Assembly: GCA_032718475.1 (NCBI GenBank)
Contig: JAUCBJ010006012.1
Location: 1 to 43,746 of the forward strand
Reading direction: 5' to 3'
Source: Nemertoderma westbladi
Taxonomy: Eukaryota > Animalia > Xenacoelomorpha
Length of the DNA stretch: 43,746 bases
Shown here piece after piece: positions 1-9,930 of the stretch. The translations under genes and the position numbers were made by a program. The notes beneath the pieces are model-generated. The model was not told the origin of the DNA. It searched no databases and worked only from the letters and a program-made list of their open reading frames with translations. Position 1 is the stretch's first letter; the number at the start of each line of letters is the position of its first letter.

Positions 1-612
1 GTATTCTAAATATCCCAGTTATTTTAGGACACATTATTTTTAGATTGTAGGGCCTTATCGCCCCTTGCACCTTTACCGCCCCTGGACCTTATCGTCACTT
101 GGGAACTTATCGCCCCTCAAATGGTCCTTTATCGCCCCTTGGGAACATATCGCCCCCGGGTCTTTATCGCCCACGGATCTTTATCACCCATGGTAACTTA
201 TCGGCACTGTGACAAATATGAATTTTGAATGGGAGAAACGTTGGCATTGGTATTTGTATTGTTGTTTATTATAGTATCATAATACAGTAGTTTTGCAGTT
301 AAATTACGAGACACATGACATACATTGAATTGCCTAAGTACAAATGTTATAATTAAAAACAATATGTTATTTAAAATACCAACTGTATAAATTACTATTT
401 AATATTTTAACGCCGCATACTATATGTACACAGTTTTAGTGGGAAAAATAGAGTATTTTAAAATCATTAATAATCAAACTGCATGTAACTGACATAGGTA
501 AATTGGAATAATAAGTACAAAGGTATAGTACAAAAATACGTTAAAATAAATCCAGTTGATTAAAATAGTAACATTTAGGCTCAGTAAGCTAGTGAATGCC
601 TGTATGCCGTCA

Positions 613-1325
613 AGGGTGATCTTCCACAGTAAAGCCCGTCCACTCTGTTTCCTAAAGGAATGCCTGTTCACCACCATGGGTGATCTTCCACAGTAAACCC
701 TTCCACTCTGTTTCCTAAAGGAATGCCTGTTCACCACCATGGGTGATCTTCCACAGTAAACCCTTCCACTCTGTTTCCTAAAGGAATGCCTGTTCACCAC
801 CATGGGTGATCTTCCACAGTAAACCCTTCCACTCTGTTTCCTAAAGGAATGCCTGTTCACCACCATGGGTGATCTTCCACAGTAAACCCTTCCACTCTGT
901 TTCCTAAAGGAATGCCTGTTCACCACCACGGGTGATCTTCCACAGTAAACCCTTCCACTCTCCTGTTCACCACCATGGGTGATCTTCCACAGTAAACCCG
1001 CCCACTCTATTTCATAAAGGAATGCCTGTTCACCACCATGGGTGATCTTCCACAGTAAACCCTTCCACCCTGTTTCCTAAAGGAATGCCTGTTCACCACC
1101 ACGGGTGATCTTCCACAGTAAACCCTTCCACTCTGTTTCCTAAAGGAATGCCTGTTCACCACCATGGGTGATCTTCCACAGTAAACCCTTCCACTCTGTT
1201 TCCTAAAGGAATGCCTGTTCACCACCATGGGTAATCTTCCACAGTAAACCCTTCCACTCTGTTTCCTAAAGGAATGCCTATTCACCACCATGGGTGATCC
1301 TGTGCAGTAAACCATTCCACTCTGT
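613..1325. repeat. 63-bp tandem repeat, about 11 copies, one with an internal deletion near 960
   Basis: Unit CATGGGTGATCTTCCACAGTAAACCCTTCCACTCTGTTTCCTAAAGGAATGCCTGTTCACCAC; it explains the 21-aa periodic ORFs 474-929 and 1007-1315. Confidence 0.97.
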
Positions 1326-1429
1326 TTTCCAAGTTACCATGGTTCTCATTTATCGACCGGCAAAGGATGAAAACCTTGGTAGAGCTAGTCTGCAACATTT
1401 AAAGTCCCGTACCAAAACAGTAAAAAAAA

Positions 1430-1503
1430 TGCGTCGTCCAGGGAACGAATCTGGAGCCTCCAGAATGAAAACCCAAATTGTTAACACTAAATCAAGCTGC
1501 TGC
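1430..1503 (-). pseudogene. Degenerate tRNA-like sequence (Gly/Glu-like) followed by a T-run
   Basis: Minus strand reads GCAGCTTGATTTAGTGTTAACAATTTGGGTTTTCATTCTGGAGGCTCCAGATTCGTTCCCTGGACGACGCA then T8. A-box-like TAGTG, T-arm CCAGA-TTCGTTC-CCTGG and 3' ...ACGCA are recognisable, but the stems are badly paired. Confidence 0.4.
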
Positions 1504-3099
1504 TTAGTCTACGAATTGAATATGAAAATATGCATAATATCATTTCTAATTGTAGGTCTCCTCTAACTGAAACTATTTGAGTATAAATATAAATGCAAAC
1601 TATAACTACAGTAAAATATGTGACTTAGAGGAAGTATGAGAAAGTTGGTGAAGGTATCCTGTATATAATGCCAGGGGAGGGGCGATAAAGGACCAGGGGC
1701 GATAAAGACTCGGGGGCGATAAAGACCCAGTGGCGATAAGTTCCTCAAAACTCAGAACTGGGGGGCGATAAGTTCCCAACAAAAATGCAATTTATAGGGG
1801 CGATAAAGTTCCAGAGGCGATAAGGTCCTGCTTCGTATTTTTACATGGTAACTGACTGATTTTCTTGTCTGACTTAGTCTCTAATAGATTACATGATTGT
1901 TATGATTTATAATTAGTTATACTAATGATATTGAACCTAAAGCACTGTTTTCTGCTGTAGTGTGCCTATCCCCTCATTGCATTTTATAGTATATATTTTT
2001 CGTAATCTTACTATATTTATTGATTAATTTTAATTAAATATTGCCGTTTTATAGCTATGCTGCGATTGTTACCGCTTGAAACTAAGTAAATGAATTATTG
2101 ATTTTTCCGTTTTTTAAATCTTAATATCTCCATTCTCATTCTACCGCATTTGTCCATATCCCCTCGCCCTTCTTGCATCGCACATTATTTATGATTATGA
2201 CTGTATTGCCACGCCCCATAAGTAATGCAACTCAAACCATAAGTAATTAAGTTGGTAGTAAGTACCATTGTGGGTGTTCCAGATAGCAGTTATGTATAAT
2301 TCAATAGTGCAGTATAATATGCTGCAGCAATGCACATAAATTAATAACTCCCGTGGCAGTGCCCCATTATTAAACAGCATCTATTGGAGTATAGTAATTA
2401 TTCTCAAGTATTGTTGGGGTGGTCCCTATTGGCCGATTTTTTGGGCTACCTGGCCACACGGCCACTGCACACAGCTTACTAGAGAGGTGCGTCTGTCCCG
2501 GGTAGAGGATGTGTGGTATTGGCTCCCAGATAAGTGAGTTATAGTAAATCTAGCCCATCAGACAGCCAGCTGGGACCTCCCAAATTGTTTAGTATGAATG
2601 GGTAACTGGCATTGACGCCTTCGCCTGTCACCGTGTGTGGTATTTGCTATTTATTCGGAGTAAATACTGCAAGGCCTTGTTACTTGGCGAAATGGTTGGT
2701 GTTCATTTTGTCATAAACAATTTGGGTTGGTTGGTTATGTTCGTAATTAAAACGATAGATTTACAAGTTAATTTATTATAATAATGAATACAAAACTATT
2801 TATTTTATCGTGTTGTCATTCGAAATATTAAACCGGTAATTTTCTTTGTCTTATTTAGCGACTAATACAAACTTTTATTTATTTAGTTTACTTTAGGCTA
2901 TAGTTTTTCTTCAATATTATTTATTATTTTATTGTGGAAACGGGACGGTAGGATTGTGGCTACGGTATTTAAAAATATGTTACTAAACTTTTTTAATATA
3001 ATAGTAATGGTATACACTACTTAGTTTTATGCTAAAGCAGTAAGTAAGAGTTAACATTAGGGACTTTATAAGCATAATATAATATTAAATTAAATTAAA

Positions 3100-3138
3100 A
3101 CACAACGTGTTTCGAATATTTAATTCGTCATCAGGTGT
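3100..3138 (-). ncRNA. Minimal type I hammerhead ribozyme motif of the Penelope-like-element type
   Basis: Minus strand ACAC-CTGATGA-C-GAAT-taaat-ATTC-GAAA-CACG-TT-GTGT: core CUGAUGA and GAAA, 4-bp stem II, stem I ACAC/GTGT, minimal stem III, GUU cleavage triplet. Confidence 0.6.
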
Positions 3139-3264
3139 AAATTAGTAATCTAAATAAGTTACACAGTTTTATGTTATTTCTACCGAACCAACCAATACGA
3201 AATAATCAATTTCTCACTTTCGCCGGTTTAATATTGATATGTTGGGCATGTTCGTGAATGAGTG

Positions 3265-3447
3265 CGCCCATGTGAAGAATACCTGGTTTTCACTTTTCGG
3301 TTGACTTTTAATAGGAATTTTGTACCGGTATAAATAATTATGTATTATTTAAATTTATCCTTATGAAGTCTGCTTATGTATCCTTGTGAAATATACCAGA
3401 CTTTCAACTGTTATATTTGAATATTTCACTTTGCAGTATACCCCATC
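3265..3447. mobile_element. Rearranged relic of the same MITE family as 31631-31907
   Basis: CGCCCATGTGAAGAATACCTGG...CTTTTCGGTTGACTTTT matches 31631-31690; 3393-3447 matches the reverse complement of 31845-31895. Confidence 0.65.
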
Positions 3448-3477
3448 CCATCTAACCAAAACAATAAATAAAGTTAT

Positions 3478-3695
3478 CAGAGGCATAGCGAGCCTTTCTG
3501 GCAGTTTTTTTTAGTAAATTTTTACATTTTTCGCTTATGACACATGTCCTGTAAATACTGCTGCACTGTATCACAATCCTTGACGTTTTTGTCTTATTTT
3601 TACAAGAATTCCCTGACATTTTCCCTGACATTTGCCTGGTATTTCAGCGCCCCTGGGTGAGTGCGCCCGGGGGAACATTCCCCCCCCCCCTCGCT
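3478..3695. mobile_element. Degraded hAT-type MITE fragment
   Basis: Begins CAGAGGCATAGCGAG and ends GCGCCCGGGG...CCCCCCCCCCTCGCT, resembling the CAGTGGCGTAGC...GCGCCCGGGGC...CGCTACGCCACTG class of animal MITEs. The right TIR is incomplete. Confidence 0.35.
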
Positions 3696-3894
3696 GAGTG
3701 GTTCAGTGGTCTCATATTATTATACTTTTCGTTGGCACAATTGTAGCTGAGTGGATATTACGGGACCACGGCCAAGTACAAGTACATTAACTGATTAAGG
3801 GGTCTGCATGATTACTTTATTTTGACAATATGGAGGAGGACATAAGAAATGTAAATAGTTGACTTAAGATATCGGGTAGTAGTTCCAGGTCTTA

Positions 3895-3975
3895 TGTGTG
3901 TTGCTATAGGAATGGTTAGAGCGCCAAACTTCAATCCTGGAGGACACCAGTTCGATCCCACCTGGACGTCAAAAT
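3895..3975 (+). mobile_element. tRNA-derived SINE head or tRNA pseudogene
   Basis: GGAATGGTTAGAGCG (A-box-like) and CCAGTTCGATCCC (B-box-like) at tRNA spacing; anticodon and acceptor stems do not pair properly. Confidence 0.45.
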
Positions 3976-4838
3976 ACTGACTGCTCAATTGTACCCAACT
4001 AAAATTATAAAACTTTCAGGTCAAATGATAAATATTTCTGGCGCATTCAATATTAATCTCATTCTTTGTACATATTGACTAATGACGATGGATTTCTTAC
4101 CCAAACGTGTTTTATCGAAAACACTGTTTGTTAACCGTTTGATCTAAAAAGTAAAATTTGTTTTTGAATTTAAGACACTATTTTACACTATATTTTAAGA
4201 CACTACAGTAAGACATTATTTTAATTAAATTATATTGAAAAAAAAGAAAATAATGATAGTTTAGTTAGTTAGTTTAGTTTATTGACCGTACTTCTCAGGA
4301 AACGGAAACAAAATTAAACAGATTAGAGAACAGTCGATAATGGACCGTACAATAATACTATATAGACACATACGGTACTTTTACTTTGTCGAACGTCCTA
4401 AATAAACTAAGTATAATAATATTTATATTATATATTTGATAGAAATAAGAAATAAACCACTAAAACCAATGTTAAAAAGTTTTCCTTTTTCATACAAATG
4501 TAGGGCCGATATATGTGTTAAGTGTGATTACTATTATATATTCTAATATCTTGTCAATTGTTTAATATTCAATTACTAATTAATCAGAAAATAATTTCCA
4601 GTGTATGTGTATATCAATATAAAACTAGTAAAAAACTATACAATCATTTATAATTAAGATAATTAATTAATTGATTTACTTTAGCAAATCTGAACTTAAT
4701 AAATCGAACTCTTAATATTTTATTATTAGAATTATTATAACTATTAGATATTTATTTAATCATGTAGTAGTTTTTAAATCCTTCCACTGCTGCACTTATT
4801 TATAATGTTGATGATAATAATTTATATTTTATATTGAA

Positions 4839-7800
4839 ATGGAGTCGTCTAATAATGCTAGTCGAACGTCTTGTTATTGGAAGAACGACAATGTTAGTAT
4901 CCACACTCCGGCCCCCACAAACTCAAACACCTCATGGCTGCAAAGAATTCACCTTTTTGTACTCAAATGTTTCTACATCTACGGCGTGAAAGTTAATAAA
5001 GTTCCATCTTTCGTAGCAGTTTTGGGGGTATTGTTCCTAGCCAGTCTGTCTGTGGGTCTCAGACACTCCAAGATGGTCACCGATATCAATAAACTGTGGG
5101 TCCCTTCTGACGGCGATTTAAGCGACGAACTGGAATATTTAAAATCTAAACTGGGTTCGGGAGACCGAGTCATTAACGAGGTCATTATACAGGCGTCTAA
5201 ACGCGAGGGTGCAGACATACTGACCAGAGAAAGTCTCCTCCATCACCTAAAAGTAATGGATCGAGTTGCCAAGATCAGGGTTGATGCGTACGACCATTCC
5301 TGGTCATTAAGCGATGTTTGTTTTAAATCTAAAATCCCGGATTATTGGGGCGAGGCATTAAGTAAGTTTATTTCTGGCTCGAATTTGATGCCTTGTATTG
5401 TAATTAACCCGTTGGACTGCTTTTGGGAGGGTTCGTGGATTGCCGAGGCGGGTAGAGTGAGAGGGAGGCCTCTCACTGTCGACCTCAATTGGGTGACTCT
5501 AGACCCCCAGAAACAGCTGCAAACACTCGCTCCGCATTACCCTAAATTTTCTCGAATGTTGAAAGTGATGAAGATTGCTTCGGCATACACAAAGAAGCCA
5601 TGCATCGACCCTCACCATCATAAATGCTCCGATTGGAGTAAACAAAACTATAAATATCCCCTCGATGTGAAGGCGGTTTTAACTGGGGGTTGCAATACTT
5701 ACACCGAACTTATGCATTGGCCTGAGGAGTTACTAATGGGTGGGATAAGACGGTTCCCTCGGAACGGCAGCGTTGCCTCTGGGGAGGCCCTACAAAGCGT
5801 TATTATTCTTACCGGACCGCCGGTTTTCTACGAATTTGGAAAAAATAAATTTCCTGAACAACTTCGCGGTCAGTGGACTGTAGAACGAGCGGCACACGTG
5901 CTGCACAGATTTCGGACGAAAATCACGGAAGTTGTTAGATCGACGGCGAATGAAACGAAAGATAAATCATATGAATTCGTTTCGTTCAGCGAGACTTCTA
6001 TTAAAACGATTATGGACGACTTGTCGAGCACGAGTATCGATAAACTCATCGGTGGTTGCGGGATCCTCGTTGCGTTCGCCGTGCTCCGTAACGCGCGTTG
6101 CAACGCGGTAAAGTCCCGTTGCGGTGTCGCTATTGCCGGTATCCTGCTTGTAGGTCTCTCTATATTGGCGGGTCTGGGTCTCTGCGCCTGGCTCTCTATG
6201 CCATTCAACGCTACCACCTCTCAGGTCTTACCATTCTGCGCTTTCGCACTCGGCGTCAACCCAATATTCATTCAACTTTCAGTGTCTAACGAGATCCTCC
6301 GAGACAACCTAGTCCGTCGGAGGTACCACATCGCCCAGTTGCTCTGCTCCTGTGGACTCTCGCTATCTCTCGTCTCCTTCCAGATAGCGATCGGATTCGT
6401 AATCGCCTCAATAATACCCATCCCTGCCCTGAGGGATTTCACATTACAAGCCGCCATCCTCGTAATGTTCGATTATTTTTCCATCATATTTATTTACCCG
6501 GCGTTTATAGCCATCGATGTGAAAAGGTTTAAACGGAATTACATCGACTGTTTTTGCTGTATGAAAAGCGAATCGGCAATGGCGGCCGAAGTTCGCAAAG
6601 TTCGATACTCCAAGAGTAAAGCCTTATACCAAACGCAGTGCAGCCCCATAACTATTAACAGTGTCTCTACCATGAATGGAAAATCCGCTTCTAGAACTCA
6701 ACACTATGGGTCCCCCGGTCGAGCCTTACGTTCCCGCTCACCCCGTAGATCGCACTCACCCATGCGAGCCCCCATCCTAAGATCTATAGACTCCCCCCAC
6801 TCATCCCAATCCGCGTGTTCTAGAACTCACGCGATTATTCGCCCGCATTCTTCGAGTTCATACATACCTCCGTCTTCTAATAGGGGCAGCATAACGAAAC
6901 TCAATAACTCGAGAGTTAACATTGTAAAAGATCAGCCTCAACCCAAAAAAATAGCAAAATCTCAATCGGATATCGCGTTGCTCGCGAAGTACCAATGGCA
7001 AAGCAGTCAGAACTCTTGCAAGTCAGTACCAATAGCTCACACGCGCTCGTTGTGTTCCATACCCGAGGACAGACTAGAGGGCTCACCTGAATTAGTCGAG
7101 ATATCGAACGCGGTCACTCATAAGAATACAATTAGTTTAAATATTCGTATAACAAACTGGTACACCGGAATCTTACAGAATATCTACTGTAAGATTGCCG
7201 TGGTAGTTCTATCTATGTTTTTACTCTTTATTTCAATATACGGTGTGATTATAGTGGAGGATGGCCTTGAACTATCGGAGGTGATACCGGAAAATACAGA
7301 ATCTTATAAATTCGTTAAATACCAAACCAAATATTTCGGGTTAACTGACGTGCAAATTGTTACCAAAGGTAATTTCAATTACTCGTCTCCATGGGGGCAG
7401 GAATTATTATATGACTTATGGAACGAACTGCATCATATTGACCACTTTGTGAAAGACAATAACGGCGAGCTCGGCAACTTTTGGTTGCTTAATTTTCGCA
7501 AGTGGTTAACCACGCTACAGAATGCGTACGAGGAGGGGATGCGAACTGGATGCATTAAAACTTCGGGTTCCTGGTGCAAAAATGCCACATTCGATGTCAA
7601 CAACGCGAAACTAGCTCGTAAACTAATACAGAGCGCGAATCTCCCGAGAGGCAGTCGGCTGGTGATTACCGACAGGATTATTAACCCCGATGGTTTCTAT
7701 ACGTTTCTTACGGCTTGGACAATGATGGACCCAATGTACAGTATGAGCCAAGCCAGTCTCATACCGGAGCCTGCCCGATGGCAATCAGAGACGGAAAATT

Positions 7801-8963
7801 TCAGCGAATCAGAATTCGTTATCCCAATATCGAGTAACATCGAATTCTCACAGATTGTACTATTTGTAACGAATCTCACAGAAACTTCAAATTTTGTAAA
7901 ATTAATAGTGGACCTTCGAGGAATGTGCGACAAACTGAACGCACGAGGTTTGCCTGTATTCCCCGCGGGTCGACCAATTACATTCTGGGAGCAATACGTG
8001 CACCTTCGCTATTGGCTGTTCATGTCTTTAGCGTTCGAACTCGCGGCGACTACTTTATTCAACCTTATGAGTTTATACTCGTTGCGAGCCACGGGTCTAC
8101 TCCTCATTGTCCAGTCCACCACGCTGGTGGAATTATTCGGGATTCTCGGCTATATGGGTATCCAGTTATCTGCGGCGCCATCCATCCTGTTGATCGCGTC
8201 TGTCGGAATAAACGTGGACGCCGTTCTGCATCTCACTGTCCAATTCCTATCCCGCGAGGGTTCAAATGAAACTCGATTAAAAGTTGCAGCTCAAATGACT
8301 CTGTTTCCTATATTAGACGGCGCCGTTTCTACATTCCTAGGTATTTCTATTTTGGCGTTCAGTGAATATAGTTTCATTCGCAAATATTTCTTTTACGTAC
8401 TTTCCGCTTTAGTTTCACTAAACGTCTTTCAGGGACTTATAGTTTACCCGGTGTTGCTCCTGTTATTCGGACCCCGTAGTAAAGTCTTACGAGCGATCAG
8501 CGCTATCGAGTTCGTGCGTTCTCAGCAGCCACAGACTCAAAGCCATCCAAAGCGAGCCTCCAAACAACAGGTCTACTACTCCACGCGCAAGTCGGGGCCA
8601 CGGCCGCCTCACTCAGGCTACTCGAGTCAGCACGAGATATCAACGAGCACCAGCGTGTCTATAGGCTCGTTCTCCGGCTCCGACACCGAACACGATTTCT
8701 CCTCCACTGCGAGCGCTTGCAGCAGTATGACCGGCTCTCGGGTTATCATCAGTAGACCACCGAATAGACCCCCCAGACGTCTACGCGCTTTGTACCAGAA
8801 TCCCGCGCCCATTATTAGCCCTAGACAACAACCAATAGGCGATAAGCAGTTCAGCGTAGACTGTCAACAATCTATACAGCAGTCCACAGTACTGAATCGC
8901 AACCGCTCATCCACAAGAGTCACCGCCAAACACGTTTTTACATTTGTCCATCCGCAAGTTTAA
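4839..8963 (+). CDS. ptc: Patched (Hedgehog receptor family, 12-TM RND/SSD protein), 1374 aa, single-exon CDS, divergent
   Basis: Patched-specific motifs: KLWVPSDGDL..EL.Y, PCIVINPLDCFWEGS, KPC, LTGGC, HWPEELLMGG, ALQSVI, SSD region FNATTSQVLPF...IPIPALRDF, IDCFCC, DGLELSEVIP, IINPDGFYTFLTAW, FPAGRPITFWEQY.HLR, PILDGAVSTFLG..LAFSEY.FI.KYFF. Two 1+5 TM halves with large extracellular loops. Continuous ORF from ATG to TAA. Confidence 0.95.
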   Translation: MESSNNASRTSCYWKNDNVSIHTPAPTNSNTSWLQRIHLFVLKCFYIYGVKVNKVPSFVAVLGVLFLASLSVGLRHSKMVTDINKLWVPSDGDLSDELEYLKSKLGSGDRVINEVIIQASKREGADILTRESLLHHLKVMDRVAKIRVDAYDHSWSLSDVCFKSKIPDYWGEALSKFISGSNLMPCIVINPLDCFWEGSWIAEAGRVRGRPLTVDLNWVTLDPQKQLQTLAPHYPKFSRMLKVMKIASAYTKKPCIDPHHHKCSDWSKQNYKYPLDVKAVLTGGCNTYTELMHWPEELLMGGIRRFPRNGSVASGEALQSVIILTGPPVFYEFGKNKFPEQLRGQWTVERAAHVLHRFRTKITEVVRSTANETKDKSYEFVSFSETSIKTIMDDLSSTSIDKLIGGCGILVAFAVLRNARCNAVKSRCGVAIAGILLVGLSILAGLGLCAWLSMPFNATTSQVLPFCAFALGVNPIFIQLSVSNEILRDNLVRRRYHIAQLLCSCGLSLSLVSFQIAIGFVIASIIPIPALRDFTLQAAILVMFDYFSIIFIYPAFIAIDVKRFKRNYIDCFCCMKSESAMAAEVRKVRYSKSKALYQTQCSPITINSVSTMNGKSASRTQHYGSPGRALRSRSPRRSHSPMRAPILRSIDSPHSSQSACSRTHAIIRPHSSSSYIPPSSNRGSITKLNNSRVNIVKDQPQPKKIAKSQSDIALLAKYQWQSSQNSCKSVPIAHTRSLCSIPEDRLEGSPELVEISNAVTHKNTISLNIRITNWYTGILQNIYCKIAVVVLSMFLLFISIYGVIIVEDGLELSEVIPENTESYKFVKYQTKYFGLTDVQIVTKGNFNYSSPWGQELLYDLWNELHHIDHFVKDNNGELGNFWLLNFRKWLTTLQNAYEEGMRTGCIKTSGSWCKNATFDVNNAKLARKLIQSANLPRGSRLVITDRIINPDGFYTFLTAWTMMDPMYSMSQASLIPEPARWQSETENFSESEFVIPISSNIEFSQIVLFVTNLTETSNFVKLIVDLRGMCDKLNARGLPVFPAGRPITFWEQYVHLRYWLFMSLAFELAATTLFNLMSLYSLRATGLLLIVQSTTLVELFGILGYMGIQLSAAPSILLIASVGINVDAVLHLTVQFLSREGSNETRLKVAAQMTLFPILDGAVSTFLGISILAFSEYSFIRKYFFYVLSALVSLNVFQGLIVYPVLLLLFGPRSKVLRAISAIEFVRSQQPQTQSHPKRASKQQVYYSTRKSGPRPPHSGYSSQHEISTSTSVSIGSFSGSDTEHDFSSTASACSSMTGSRVIISRPPNRPPRRLRALYQNPAPIISPRQQPIGDKQFSVDCQQSIQQSTVLNRNRSSTRVTAKHVFTFVHPQV

Positions 8964-9829
8964 TTTCTTATTGAATTTATACTTTTTTAATTATTATAAT
9001 TATGCAATACTTTTGATGATGTAAGTTTTTGTTTACGTGTGTATATAATATGGTATTTATGTAGCACAAATAATAATTTGATACTTACATTATATGGCAG
9101 TAAATTTAAAATCTTCAGGAATAACATTTATTTACATTCAATATTTAATTAATAGTATGGAATTCGTTTCGATACTTCTCTAGTTTAATATAAGAGCTAA
9201 GCAGACAATAATATTTATCACCGAGTTATGAGATAACTATTGCGAAAAATTACTCTAAACGCTAACACTCAACTTTTTTCCTGGAGGAAAACCCAAGAAA
9301 ACAAATTTGCTGTGAAAAATGTATTCGTTATCTTCTTAAGTTAATACTATTACTAATATTTTATGAATCAAAGCAAAAAGCAATTTCCCTTTACCACATC
9401 CCAGCAGTTAATGTAGGAAAGACAACTGAAAATTCTGTACAGCTTCTTAATTAATAGTTAGTAAAAAATAATTTGGAAATTTTTTTCCTTGCTTAATAAT
9501 TGAATATTTTAATTCACAAGAATTTAATTATTTGTCGAAATTACCCTGGAAATCTAACCGTAGGCTGCGTTATCGCAACATAAAATGAAAAATTAAAAAA
9601 AAATTAGTAAAAATAATAACAGTTTTGATAACCGTCCGGTTATTAAACCCAAGCGACAGCACAAGTAGATCGTTGGTTGAGATTTATTGCGATAATTGTT
9701 ATATTACATTACTCGTTTGTTATTCATTAATTTTTTTAATAAAAATACATTTTTTTATGATTATCAGATTTTATTTATTTTCACTTAAAAACAGTTAATA
9801 TAATTATTATTTATTACATTAAAGACTTT

Positions 9830-9930
9830 GACTTTTTTCACTATTGTCGATGAATTTTATTTACCGAGCGACAGCGACGTTAATAAAGGGTCGAGAGAAC
9901 ATCTACATTATTTTTTTCCCGTGTAATACG
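9830..9930. mobile_element. Short palindromic MITE-like repeat; inverted copy of 18090-18226
   Basis: TTTTTTCACTATT...TTATTTACCGAGCGACAGCGACGTTAATAAAGGGTCGAG is the near reverse complement of CTCGACCCTTATTAACCTCGCTGGCGCTCGGTAAATAA...AATAGTGAAAAAA. Confidence 0.65.

Larger units (their letters stand above)
43..1835. mobile_element. Non-autonomous foldback-type DNA transposon with inverted arrays of a short motif and an 8-bp TSD
   Basis: About 8 copies of TTATCGCCCC-like motifs at 50-205 face about 7 copies of the reverse complement GGGGCGATAA at 1675-1830. The termini GTAGGGCCTTATCGCC and GGCGATAAGGTCCTGC are imperfect inverted repeats. TATTTTTA flanks both ends (35-42, 1836-1843). No transposase ORF. 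Confidence 0.75.

Noticed and set aside
474-1315. ORFs with a 21-aa repeat (MVVNRHSFRKQSGRVYCGRSP)
   Set aside because: By-product of a stop-free 63-bp tandem unit inside a non-autonomous transposon; no domain or coding evidence.
3895-3975. Selenocysteine or opal suppressor tRNA (CTTCAAT loop)
   Set aside because: Anticodon and acceptor stems do not pair and there is no long variable arm; better explained as a SINE head.
4979-8812. Short antisense or alternate-frame ORFs within ptc (likewise within THOC3 and NUDT22)
   Set aside because: Shadow ORFs expected in GC-richer coding DNA; no recognisable motifs.
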